Shown here piece after piece: positions 8,075 through 18,916 of a stretch of 64,000 nucleotides of DNA. Each line of letters starts with the position of its first letter. Position 1 is the stretch's first letter. Source of the DNA: Polyangiaceae bacterium (GTDB taxonomy: Bacteria; Myxococcota_A; Polyangia; Polyangiales; Polyangiaceae). Under the pieces are notes generated by a model. It was not told the origin of the DNA. It saw nothing but the letters and a program-made list of their open reading frames with translations, and did not search any database. The position numbers and the translations under genes are program-made. The stretch covers positions 1 to 64,000 of the forward strand of contig JANRKO010000045.1 of assembly GCA_033763455.1 (NCBI GenBank), written 5' to 3'.

Positions 8075-8635
8075 ATGGACCAACCCGGACAGCTTAGCGC
8101 TGCTCAGCGCAGCAAAATTCGCCGCCTGAGCGCACCCAAGGAGCTCGCGCCGGATGAAGAGGGGGGCGAGCTTAACATCGTTCCGTTCTTGGATATCGTG
8201 ATGAATATCCTGATCTTCGTGCTCGCAACCGTGGCGGTTACGTTCACGGCGAGCATTGAGTCCACCCCTCCCTCTTTGGGAGGGGCTGGAGTGCGCAGCG
8301 ATGTTAAGAGTGCAGCCCTGAATCTGACGATCCTCATCGTCAACGAGGGGTTCTCCTTGAAAGCGTCGGGCGGCAACATTGCTACCGGGTGCAACGGGGT
8401 CGGATCGGGGATCGCGATCCCAAGGAATAATGGCCGCTACGACTACAAAGCGCTCAACGAGTGCGCGAACAAGCTGAAGGGTGCTAACCCGGACTTCGGC
8501 GACGAAACCCAGGTCACCATTAGCCCTAACCCGGCTACCCCATACAGCGATATTGTGGCCGTTATTGATGCCGTTCGTCAGACGGCGAACGGCGAAGTTC
8601 TCTTTGACGACGTCAAGTTCGGAGTGGTGAGATGA
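8075..8635 (+). CDS. ExbD/TolR-family protein
   Basis: ELNIVPFLDIVMNILIFVL TM with Asp; TPYSDIVAVIDAVR. Confidence 0.92.
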   Translation: MDQPGQLSAAQRSKIRRLSAPKELAPDEEGGELNIVPFLDIVMNILIFVLATVAVTFTASIESTPPSLGGAGVRSDVKSAALNLTILIVNEGFSLKASGGNIATGCNGVGSGIAIPRNNGRYDYKALNECANKLKGANPDFGDETQVTISPNPATPYSDIVAVIDAVRQTANGEVLFDDVKFGVVR

Positions 8636-9216
8636 GCGCACCGATCGTTCGGTACAAGGCTGAGCTTCGCAAGGCTATCCGGCGCAATGCCATGGAGCCT
8701 GAGATTAACTTTCTCAACATCACCGCGATGCTGGATATCATGACGATCATCTTGGTCTTTCTATTGAAGACCCTAGGTGAGTCGACAGCTGCTGTACCGC
8801 AGAGCGACGACTTGCGGCTCCCCAAGTCGGTTATCACTACCCAGCCGCCCCAAGACGGGGTTGTCGTCACAGTCTCGAAAACGCAAATATTGGTGGGTGA
8901 GCAGCGAGTGTTGACATTGCCAGGGCGCGAATCGATGGTTCAAACTGGAGTCGGGGCCAGCTTCAAGCGAAACGGTCCGTCCGACCTATATGTGGTGCCA
9001 TTGGGGAATGCTCTCCAGGCGGCCGGTAAGACTGACAAGTTGATTCGAGCAGCTAAAGGGCTGGACGCTTCGTCCTCAGACGCCGTGATTATTGCCGATG
9101 AGACCACCCCTTATCGCTTGCTTATGGAAGTCATCTTCACGCTGGGCCAGTCGGGGTTCGGCAAGTACAACATGATGGTAATTCAATCCAAGGATGCCCC
9201 AGGCCGAATACCCTGA
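8632..9216 (+). CDS. ExbD/TolR-family protein
   Basis: LNITAMLDIMTIILVFLLK TM; ADETTPYRLLMEV; ATGA overlap with the previous gene. Confidence 0.92.
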   Translation: MSAPIVRYKAELRKAIRRNAMEPEINFLNITAMLDIMTIILVFLLKTLGESTAAVPQSDDLRLPKSVITTQPPQDGVVVTVSKTQILVGEQRVLTLPGRESMVQTGVGASFKRNGPSDLYVVPLGNALQAAGKTDKLIRAAKGLDASSSDAVIIADETTPYRLLMEVIFTLGQSGFGKYNMMVIQSKDAPGRIP

Positions 9217-9392
9217 TCTCGAGTGCTGCACGGGGGTGGAGAGTGCCCGCCGCTCGGGCCCTCACGGGCCCAAGATGCCAAGATGGCTGGGCGCGGAACG
9301 ACGCTGCGGCTCCGCAAGCGGCGCGGGTAATGCGTGAGGGCCCATTATTCCGGCGGTGCGCTAGTTTTTTTGCCGATAGCCCTTGTCTTAGC

Positions 9393-9578
9393 GTGGCGAC
9401 TGCTATATCCGTCGAGCACTCTCGGGCTTGCGACCGAAGCCTTCGCTTCGTTTCGATCGTGACGACGGTTGCTAGTCTGGGGACGGCATTCGCCATCAGC
9501 GTAGCGTGGGGCGCCCTCGGCGCGGAGCGGGTCGAGGCCTCAACGGACCAAACGTTCCGCCGACACCGTCAAGCCTGA
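9393..9578 (+). CDS. possible small membrane protein (61 aa)
   Basis: GTG start within ORF 9243-9578; hydrophobic stretch FVSIVTTVASLGTAFAISVAWGALG; fills an otherwise empty 480-bp gap. Confidence 0.4.
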   Translation: MATAISVEHSRACDRSLRFVSIVTTVASLGTAFAISVAWGALGAERVEASTDQTFRRHRQA

Positions 9579-9696
9579 AGCGAGTTACGCGGCTGACGGG
9601 CGGCAGCACCCCAAGCTTCGGCTCAGGGGCTCCGTGAATAGCAGATCCAACCTCATCTTACGTTTCTCCCTTCGAGACTGACCTTCACCTTGGACT

Positions 9697-12600
9697 TTGA
9701 GTATCCCCTTGTCTTCCCTTTCTGACGCCCTCTCCACCCTTTCTGACAGAGGACTCCGGCGCTTGCTGGGCGCACGAACCTTCTTGCGGGGGCTCGATTA
9801 CGAGAAGCGGAAAGTCGTCGAGGAAGTCCGTGTTGACGACGCTGTTGCCACCGGAAGAGTTAAAGGCTCCGATCCTGAGCCCTACACGGTGCAGATCCAG
9901 CTGGGTGGCGAAGGAATAACTTCGGAGTGTTCCTGCCCCGCATTCCAAAAGTCGCAACAGCACTGCAAACACGTCGCGGCACTGTTGATAACAGTAAGGA
10001 ACCGCGCGCGCTCCAAGATGCCCCGGCCCGCCCCGCAACCCGCGCACCAGCAGCAGCCACACCCTCCCACTGAGTCCAAAAAGTCACGGCGCGAGCGGCG
10101 GCGGCGTCCACAGGCACCAGCCTCGATCAACGCCCCTGCCGGCGTCCAGGGCCCCGCACCACAGGACTCAAGCGTGCGGTCGACCGGCATCGCTGCCTGG
10201 CTTCCACCCAACGGTTCGGTGCGAGCACTGAACCTGGAGTATCGCATCCACGTGCGCCCGGGCGGCATGACGGTCACGGTACTGGACGTCGACAACCGCA
10301 CCCCGATGTTGCCTTCAGTGGCGCTAACTTGGCAATCACTGGCACCCACGGCTGACCGCGATGCGCTTCGATTGTTGACTCGTTTCGAGAGCGGTAACCC
10401 ACGTCACCCTGCTGTAGACATCCGTGGCGAGGAAGCCGCTGATCTTCTCCCAATGTTGAGGACTCGACGAGTTCTGCTCGAGCCTTCTCTAATGCAACTC
10501 AGGTTCTCCGATGAAACTCTGCGGCCTCAATTTGAGCTGGAGTTGGTCGGGTCGGACACCGTGGTCGCCAAAGTAATGTTTGAGCGTCAGGGTAACGGCA
10601 GGCGCTTCTCCTTGACTCAAGGTGGTTGGTTCGAGGGGTTTCCAAGCTGGCACGTCGATACCAACGAGGGCGTGGCGCGACAGCTGGATCCACGGGTGTC
10701 TCCCGGCGCCCTCAAGCGCCTCTTGCGCAGCCCCACCGTCGCCGAGCCTGCCAACCAATTGATCCAGATGATCATGGATGGCTTACCCAAAGTGGCACTC
10801 GAGGTTGGGGCGGAATTACCGGATCTTTCGCAGGTGGCAGATGTCATCGACTCAGCTCCCATCTTCAAGATGCGGGCAGGTGGCAACCTCACCGAGGTGG
10901 AGGTTTCCCTGCGGGCCATCTACGGAGGTGACGAAGTTGAGGTGCGTGCTGACGGAATTTCGCCACCGGTGCTTATTCGGCCCCCGGGAGAGGGACGCAA
11001 ACGCTTCGAGTGTATCCGCTGCGACATCGTAGCCCAACAAGAGGCGGCCCAAACACTGATAGGGCTCGGGCTCAGGGCTGACGAGAGCGGCGAAGTGTTC
11101 GTCGCTCAAGGGGAGAATGCGATTCGATTCTGGTCCGAAGGCGTAGCCGCCCTTCCTGAAAGCTGGGACCTGTACGTTCCCGAAGACATGGTGGGCGCCG
11201 AGATCCGCAGCAAGCCGCTGCAGATGATGGCCAGAGTTTCGAGCGGTGTGGATTGGCTCAACGTCAACATTAGCTACGAAAGCGAGGGCGTCGGAGTGGA
11301 TCGGGCCGAGCTGGAGCGCTGCCTCCGCGAGGGCAAGAAGTACGTCAAGCTCTCAGATAACACCTATGCTTCGATAGATGCCGAACGCGTGCGCGCCATG
11401 ATGGAGCGCGAAGTGGAGCTGATGACGGCCAGCGGTAAAGGCGGCAACATCCCGATTGTGCACGCGGGCCGCGTGCAAGAGCTACTCCAGCACGCTACTT
11501 CGTCCCAGGTGGCGCCTTCAACGCGCGCACTCTTCAAGAAGTTAGCCAACATCGAAGAAATCAAGGTGGCTAAGAAGCCACGCGGGCTTAAAGCCACACT
11601 CCGCCCCTATCAAGACCAGGGCGTTGCCTGGCTGAGATTCGTGCACGATATGGGCTCAGGCGGCGTTCTCGCGGACGACATGGGCCTTGGCAAGACCATT
11701 CAGACCATTGCGCTCTTACTCTCGCTCAAGCAAGACCAGAAAGAAGAACCTCTTCGTGCACTGATCGTGGCCCCCACAAGCGTGGTTTCCAACTGGATCC
11801 GAGAGATTGGCCGCTTTGGCCCCTCGCTCACTACGGCGCTCTGGCATGGTGCAGGCAGGAAGGAACAGCGCGGCGAGCTTGAGAACGCAAACGTTGTAAT
11901 CACAAGCTACGCACTCTTGCGACGCGATATCGAGCTCCTGAAGAAGCTTCGCCTCGACTACGCCATCCTAGACGAGGCGCAGGCCATCAAAAACCCAACC
12001 AGCGCAACTGCCTTGGCTGCACGCGACCTGCCCGCTACACGTAAGCTAGCGCTCACAGGTACCCCCATCGAGAACCGTTTGAGCGAGATCTGGTCCATAT
12101 TCTCATTTGTGAGCCCTGGGCTTCTGCCTCCGCTCTCGAAGTTCGAGGAGCGCTTCGCGCGCCCCATCGATCAAGGTGATTCCAAGCAAGCCGCACGCCT
12201 ACGAGCCATCATTCACCCCTTCATCTTGAGGCGTACCAAGACCGAGGTTGCCCAAGATCTGCCGCCCAAGATCGAGGTCGATAAGATCTGCGACATGGCC
12301 CCAGACCAGAAGGCAATTTACCTGCAGGTGCTGCGTGAGGTCCGAGCGCAAGTGATGGGCGAAGTGGAGAAGAAAGGGCTCGCAAAAGCGCAGATCCACA
12401 TCCTGGCCGGGCTTACAAAGTTGCGACAGGCTGCCTGTGATCCACGCTTACTTGGCTTACCGCGAGAATTCTCGCACGAAGATAGCGGTAAGCTTGCTGT
12501 GCTCCGTGAATTGGTAGAAGAGGTCGAGCAGGGCGGACACAAGGTCCTTATTTTCAGCCAGTTCGTTAGCATGTTGAAGTTGATCGCCACGGCTCTCGAC

Positions 12601-12996
12601 GAAGACAAGATCCGCTACGAATACCTCGATGGCAGCACCATCGACCGCCAGCAACACATCGACCGCTTTGAGGAAGATCCGACCATTCCTGTCTTCCTCA
12701 TTAGCCTCAAGGCCGGAGGCACAGGCCTCAACCTTACCGCTGCAGACACGGTGATTCATTTTGATCCGTGGTGGAACCCGGCGGTGGAAGATCAGGCCAC
12801 AGACCGGGCTCACCGCATCGGTCAGAACAAGGTAGTCACGGTGTATCGCCTGGTGGCCACTGGGACCATTGAAGAGAAAATCCTAGAGCTCAAGCAGAAG
12901 AAGAAGGACCTTGTTGCTAGCGTACTGACTGAAGACGAAGGCGGCGGAAAGAAGCTTTCCCAGCAGGATCTTGACGACCTTTTCCGTCTGGATTGA
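9697..12996 (+). CDS. SWIM zinc finger + SNF2-family helicase
   Basis: SWIM CSC...CKH; LADDMGLGKT, ILDEAQ, LTGTPIEN, SLKAGGTGLNL, DPWWNP, DRAHRIGQ. Confidence 0.95.
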   Translation: MSIPLSSLSDALSTLSDRGLRRLLGARTFLRGLDYEKRKVVEEVRVDDAVATGRVKGSDPEPYTVQIQLGGEGITSECSCPAFQKSQQHCKHVAALLITVRNRARSKMPRPAPQPAHQQQPHPPTESKKSRRERRRRPQAPASINAPAGVQGPAPQDSSVRSTGIAAWLPPNGSVRALNLEYRIHVRPGGMTVTVLDVDNRTPMLPSVALTWQSLAPTADRDALRLLTRFESGNPRHPAVDIRGEEAADLLPMLRTRRVLLEPSLMQLRFSDETLRPQFELELVGSDTVVAKVMFERQGNGRRFSLTQGGWFEGFPSWHVDTNEGVARQLDPRVSPGALKRLLRSPTVAEPANQLIQMIMDGLPKVALEVGAELPDLSQVADVIDSAPIFKMRAGGNLTEVEVSLRAIYGGDEVEVRADGISPPVLIRPPGEGRKRFECIRCDIVAQQEAAQTLIGLGLRADESGEVFVAQGENAIRFWSEGVAALPESWDLYVPEDMVGAEIRSKPLQMMARVSSGVDWLNVNISYESEGVGVDRAELERCLREGKKYVKLSDNTYASIDAERVRAMMEREVELMTASGKGGNIPIVHAGRVQELLQHATSSQVAPSTRALFKKLANIEEIKVAKKPRGLKATLRPYQDQGVAWLRFVHDMGSGGVLADDMGLGKTIQTIALLLSLKQDQKEEPLRALIVAPTSVVSNWIREIGRFGPSLTTALWHGAGRKEQRGELENANVVITSYALLRRDIELLKKLRLDYAILDEAQAIKNPTSATALAARDLPATRKLALTGTPIENRLSEIWSIFSFVSPGLLPPLSKFEERFARPIDQGDSKQAARLRAIIHPFILRRTKTEVAQDLPPKIEVDKICDMAPDQKAIYLQVLREVRAQVMGEVEKKGLAKAQIHILAGLTKLRQAACDPRLLGLPREFSHEDSGKLAVLRELVEEVEQGGHKVLIFSQFVSMLKLIATALDEDKIRYEYLDGSTIDRQQHIDRFEEDPTIPVFLISLKAGGTGLNLTAADTVIHFDPWWNPAVEDQATDRAHRIGQNKVVTVYRLVATGTIEEKILELKQKKKDLVASVLTEDEGGGKKLSQQDLDDLFRLD

Positions 12997-13070
12997 GCCG
13001 AGCCACACACGACCGAATGCGCTGGCAGTCAGCCGCGTGCGCGCGCATTCACCAGCGTGACGCTCCAGGC

Positions 13071-14198
13071 TTAACGCCGCATCGACACGTTCATCAAGAA
13101 CCCCAAACTGATGAGGGTGGTCACCACGCTCGAACCGCCGTACGAAAACAGCGGCAGAGTGATCCCTACAACTGGGAAAATCCCGACGGCCATTCCGAGA
13201 TTGAAAAGTGTGTGCCAGAAAAAGATTGCGCCCACGCCGATAGCCACCGCAGCTCCGAATCGATCGCGAGCTTGTGAAGCGATATGGACTGCCCAAATAC
13301 AGACGAAGGCGTAAAGGCAAATCAGCACCAAGCACCCGAGTAGCCCCCAATCCTCCGCGAAAACGGCGAACGGGAAGTCACTGAACTGGTCGGGCAAGCG
13401 CCCAAATTGGTTCTGCGTGCCCTGCATGAACCCCTCGCCAGTAAGCCCACCGTTACCTATGGCTGTCTGCGCTTGGAGTGCATGCCATGCGGCACCCGTC
13501 TTGTCCGCCTCTGGATCGATGAAACTTTCTAGGCGGCGAAGCTGATAGCCATGCAGGATGGATGTGCGAAAATACCAAAACGAGGGGATACCAACTGCGG
13601 CCGCACCGAGCACATTCAGCACGCTCCGGCGGCGAATCTTCGTCATCGCAATCATGCTCAGAGCAGTCACCATGAGGATTGTGGCAGTTCCTAGATCCGG
13701 CTGAGCCATCACCGCAGCGGCGGGCACCAGGCCGAACACCAAGGCTGGGGCTAAATCAATCCAAGTTCTCGGCTCCGTTTGCGGATCGTTGTGGATGTAG
13801 CGAGCTATCATCAAGACCAGAGCGACCTTCATGAACTCACTCGGTTGGAACGTGAAGCTCCCGATCTGGATCCAGCGCGAAGCTCCTCGAATGTCGCTAC
13901 CCAGAACCCACACGAGCCCCAGCGAAAACACCCCACCCCAATACAAGATCGTCGCCCAGCGTTCGAAGATCCGATAGTCGATGACCGTGGTGATGACTCC
14001 CAAAAGGACACCGACCACGATCCAATAGATCTGCGAAACATAGATATCCGCCAACTTGCCGTGCGTACCAGACCCAACATAGGCGCTTGTTGCGCTATAG
14101 AGGTTTACAAGACCGCAAGTGGCGATAGCGACAATTGCCAAAAATAGCGGCATGTCGATGAGTGGCCCGCCACGAAACGAAGCATCCTTCCCTCTCAC
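13071..14198 (-). CDS. rodA: rod shape-determining SEDS protein RodA
   Basis: GASRWI, FQPSEFMK, QPDLGT, LPLFSYGGSS; downstream of mrdA. Confidence 0.96.
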   Translation of the reverse strand: MRGKDASFRGGPLIDMPLFLAIVAIATCGLVNLYSATSAYVGSGTHGKLADIYVSQIYWIVVGVLLGVITTVIDYRIFERWATILYWGGVFSLGLVWVLGSDIRGASRWIQIGSFTFQPSEFMKVALVLMIARYIHNDPQTEPRTWIDLAPALVFGLVPAAAVMAQPDLGTATILMVTALSMIAMTKIRRRSVLNVLGAAAVGIPSFWYFRTSILHGYQLRRLESFIDPEADKTGAAWHALQAQTAIGNGGLTGEGFMQGTQNQFGRLPDQFSDFPFAVFAEDWGLLGCLVLICLYAFVCIWAVHIASQARDRFGAAVAIGVGAIFFWHTLFNLGMAVGIFPVVGITLPLFSYGGSSVVTTLISLGFLMNVSMRR

Positions 14199-16120
14199 TG
14201 GACTTGACCCCGTTTCGCATCACCGGGAGCACCTTTTTGGGCCAAACGCTTCTGCTTGAGCTCGTTCCATGTTTGCACCACGCGCATGGCAACCGGAACT
14301 GCATTCTTTCCGCCGCCGCCGCCATGCTCCACGAGCACTACGATCGCGATTTCGGGAGACTGCGCGGGAGCGTAGCCCGCGAACCAGGCGTGATCACGAT
14401 TGAAGTACCAGACTTTCTTCGGATCCACACCACGCCCGGTGACACGATCGACCTGGGCTGTACCCGTCTTGCCGGCCATGTCGATGCCATCGATTCGATA
14501 CTTATAGCCCGTACCCTCATTCTCCATGATGACGCCGGACATGCCGTCTTTTACAATCTTCAGATCTGACTGATCGAGCTCAACCACACGCCTCACGCGC
14601 GGCGGAAACTCCTGCACCACAGTGCCGTCGCTGGTTTCGATGCTGCGCACCAGCTGCGGTTGATACAGGGTGCCGCCGTTGGCTAGCGCCGCATACGAGA
14701 GGGCCAACTGAAGCACGGTAACAGTTGTAGCTCCTTGACCGATGGCCGCGAGCAGAGTCCAACCACCCAGGAATTGCCCCTTGTAATGATGGGTGTACCA
14801 GCTTCGTGTCGGCATACGCCCACGAGCTTCGGGATTCACACCTATGCCGGTGCGCACGCCGAAGCCAAAATCCATTCCGATTTGGGCAAGCCGATCGATA
14901 TTGATGCCCGCACCGAGCTGGTAAAAATATGTATTGCAGGATTGCACGATCGCTTGATGCAAGTTCACGCGCCGATGCACACCCGTGCATCGAAAGTAAC
15001 GCCGCCCATATTCTAGACCTCCGTGACAATCCGCCTGATCCGCCGGCCTTATCGTGCCATCTTGCAAAGCTGCCAAAGCGCTGAAGGGCTTGTAAGTGGA
15101 GCCTGGAGGGTAAGTGGCGGAGATCGTCTTATCTAGCATCGGGTTGAGTGGGTCGCTGTAGAGACGGCGAAACGCGTCGCGTAGCTGATCTTTCCCTACC
15201 CCACCACTCAAAACGTTTGGATCGAAACCCGGTTTTGAGAGAGCACCCAAGATCCTTCCGGTCCTGACGTCCACCACCACCACCGCCCCTGCCAATTGCC
15301 CGCGCATGGCTTGCTCCATGGCCTTTACGAGCTCAATGTCGACGGTAAGGCTGATATCCCTCCCGGGAACAGGTTCGAGGCTTCGTGGCTCCTCAAGATA
15401 ACGGGCTTCAAGCTCGTCAAGATTCTTTTCTTTGGCAACGCCCTTCAGGGCCTTTTTCCACCCGCGCTGACCCTTTAGATAGCTCTCCCAGCGACGTTCA
15501 ACTCCCGTCGCACCCAAGCGATCACCCGCTTTGTAACCACGGGATAACAGCCGGGTTAACATCTCCCCGTCAATTTCGCGCATATGGCCGATGGTATGCG
15601 CTCCAAGCGAACCATACGGGTAATAACGAACGGGGCTCGGGACAGCTTCGATCCCGACCAATTCATCGGCGTTTGTAGCGAGCACCCCGAGCACGTCGCG
15701 ATCGACATCCGCCACCAACAAGATCTGCTGGGTGGCTAAGCGCGAACTCTTGGATCGAATCGAAACGATTCGATCTCGAAGCGCTGCAGCCTCCTTCTCT
15801 CCGAGGCGCATGTACTGAACAGCACGTGGCCAGACCTTCTCAAGATCGATTTTCGCCGGCACTCCGTACACATTGTACGATGGTCGATTTGCCGCGAGGA
15901 CTTTGCCCGTCGTGTCACGAATGACCCCGCGCGTGGTGGCCAGGGTATTCTGAAAAACGATGTTCTCACGAGCAGTAGCTCGGTGTTGATCTCCCTGAAA
16001 AATCTGTAGTTGCACAAGCCGCACAAATACAGCGGTAAAACCAACGAGAATCGCGACGACCATCCAGCGAAACCGTCGACGAAATTCACCGACGTCTGAG
16101 CGCTGCACAGGGAAGTTCAC
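14195..16120 (-). CDS. mrdA: penicillin-binding protein 2
   Basis: PGSTYK (SxxK), SCN, KTGTAQ, DHAWF; N-terminal TM; start set at GTG 16120. Confidence 0.95.
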   Translation of the reverse strand: MNFPVQRSDVGEFRRRFRWMVVAILVGFTAVFVRLVQLQIFQGDQHRATARENIVFQNTLATTRGVIRDTTGKVLAANRPSYNVYGVPAKIDLEKVWPRAVQYMRLGEKEAAALRDRIVSIRSKSSRLATQQILLVADVDRDVLGVLATNADELVGIEAVPSPVRYYPYGSLGAHTIGHMREIDGEMLTRLLSRGYKAGDRLGATGVERRWESYLKGQRGWKKALKGVAKEKNLDELEARYLEEPRSLEPVPGRDISLTVDIELVKAMEQAMRGQLAGAVVVVDVRTGRILGALSKPGFDPNVLSGGVGKDQLRDAFRRLYSDPLNPMLDKTISATYPPGSTYKPFSALAALQDGTIRPADQADCHGGLEYGRRYFRCTGVHRRVNLHQAIVQSCNTYFYQLGAGINIDRLAQIGMDFGFGVRTGIGVNPEARGRMPTRSWYTHHYKGQFLGGWTLLAAIGQGATTVTVLQLALSYAALANGGTLYQPQLVRSIETSDGTVVQEFPPRVRRVVELDQSDLKIVKDGMSGVIMENEGTGYKYRIDGIDMAGKTGTAQVDRVTGRGVDPKKVWYFNRDHAWFAGYAPAQSPEIAIVVLVEHGGGGGKNAVPVAMRVVQTWNELKQKRLAQKGAPGDAKRGQVQ

Positions 16121-16172
16121 CGTGCAACCTCGACCATGTTCCCCCGTGCAAAGGTACGCCTGAAGGCACGCA

Positions 16173-16739
16173 TCAAGTTCCCCCCCCAGCTTCTGCGGAG
16201 CGCACCACAGCAGTGCCCGCCGCCACACGCTGGCACAGTCGAAATACAATCGGTGCAAACAGCGCCGTGACCACGGCGCGCGGTAACACTAGGGCCAGAA
16301 GTTCGATCGGGCGTCGATTGTCAGTACCAAAAATTGCCAATAGCGTGAGGATCACCGCACCTTCAACCAGTGAAAACCCAAACACCAAGGGCACCCGCGT
16401 GAGGGGGGTTTGTGCAGAAAACCGCACTCCTGCGAGCTTGGCCAACCCCCACATAGCAACGCTCACAAACGTGAATAAATACATTGGCGCGGCGCCCATG
16501 AGATCGGTGAGGTGGCCCAACGCGAAAGCCAAAACCACGCCACGTGCCACGGACGCTTCTTGCACGCCGAGGAATATGATCACTGGCAGCACTAGATTCG
16601 GAGTGGCAGAGAGAAAGCCGAGCGCTCTTCTAAGGCCATCAGCGTCAAGGGGTGCGGAGAGCGGCCCCATCAACCGATACAGGGTTCCTTGTACCAAAAG
16701 CAGCAGAAACCCTAGGGTCAGATACGCGACATTTCGCAC
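16173..16739 (-). CDS. mreD: rod shape-determining protein MreD
   Basis: Polytopic membrane protein with a G-x-L-x-D motif, between mreC and mrdA. Confidence 0.85.
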   Translation of the reverse strand: MRNVAYLTLGFLLLLVQGTLYRLMGPLSAPLDADGLRRALGFLSATPNLVLPVIIFLGVQEASVARGVVLAFALGHLTDLMGAAPMYLFTFVSVAMWGLAKLAGVRFSAQTPLTRVPLVFGFSLVEGAVILTLLAIFGTDNRRPIELLALVLPRAVVTALFAPIVFRLCQRVAAGTAVVRSAEAGGGT

Positions 16740-16746
16740 GGCCGGG

Positions 16747-17613
16747 TTACCTCTTCACCTTCGTGTCCGGCTTTGATTCACATTCCTTAGGATCTGACAG
16801 GGAGATCAACACCTCCTCTAGCCTAGAAAAGTCGACCGTAGGCTCCGCCTCAACTGTTTGATAGATGCCGAATTCTCGCTTCTTGACTTCTTTCACCCTC
16901 GCCACGGGAATTCCCCTAGGGAAACGGCAACCGACACCGCTCGTCAGAAGTAGATCGCCTACCTCCACCTGATCGGTACGTTCGACATACTGCACGCGCA
17001 ACGTGTAGCGCGCCGGGTCCCCAGTGCCGCGCACCAGCCCCCGTGCACGAGTCCGCTCCACGACCACATCAATACCGTTCCCGCTGTCAACGGTGAGCCT
17101 AACGTCCACCTTATCGCCAGACACACGGAGCACTGTTCCGACGGCACCGTCGACCGAAATGACCGGCATATTCGGCTTAATCAACACTCCCGGGCGGTCC
17201 AAAACCACCTGCGCCACGCGAAAATACTGGGAAGTGTCCTTGGCCACAACCAAAGCGCTCGCCGTTTCCACGGTTAGCGTGTCACGCAACGAAAGCAACT
17301 TACGCAACCTTAGATTCTCAGCTTGCTCCGCGGTGAGCTCGCGCACACGTTGCGTAAGGCGAGCATTCTCGTACGCTAACTTGTTGTTATCGTCTTTGAC
17401 ATCTACGAGATAGACGTAATCGTTGACGATTCCAGAAAAGCTCCGCGCCACCGCTGCCGCGGCGTACTGGAGCGGCGCAGTTAGCCGATTGATACTGCGA
17501 TCAATCGGATGCATGTCTTCGGGCGCTCGAATGCTCGCACGCAAGAAAAAGAAGGGCAGCGCCAACAGCACTACAACCAGGAAGATGTCACGAAGGCGGC
17601 GAAATGAGGTCAC
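16747..17613 (-). CDS. mreC: rod shape-determining protein MreC
   Basis: TM + coiled coil (ENLRLRKLL), GDLLLTSG, FPRGIPV. Confidence 0.95.
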   Translation of the reverse strand: MTSFRRLRDIFLVVVLLALPFFFLRASIRAPEDMHPIDRSINRLTAPLQYAAAAVARSFSGIVNDYVYLVDVKDDNNKLAYENARLTQRVRELTAEQAENLRLRKLLSLRDTLTVETASALVVAKDTSQYFRVAQVVLDRPGVLIKPNMPVISVDGAVGTVLRVSGDKVDVRLTVDSGNGIDVVVERTRARGLVRGTGDPARYTLRVQYVERTDQVEVGDLLLTSGVGCRFPRGIPVARVKEVKKREFGIYQTVEAEPTVDFSRLEEVLISLSDPKECESKPDTKVKR

Positions 17614-17655
17614 GACAGAGAACGAAGTTAGGCGCGACCGCTCAATGAACGGCCA

Positions 17656-18705
<1,050 letters not shown>

Positions 18706-18916
18706 TCAAACCCAGCGGAACGATGAGAGAATCACCGAAACCGTGGATCTATGGGTCGTTTGCCCGTGTGAATTCGCTCAGGTCGTAGCACGGGGACTCG
18801 ACGCAGCGCAATCGCACCCAGCAAACTTGGTCATGGAACTACCGCAGCGGCTAACTCATTGAATTAGCTCAATAATATCTGACAATCCCCACCCTTAAAC
18901 GGGAGGCTCAGACCGA

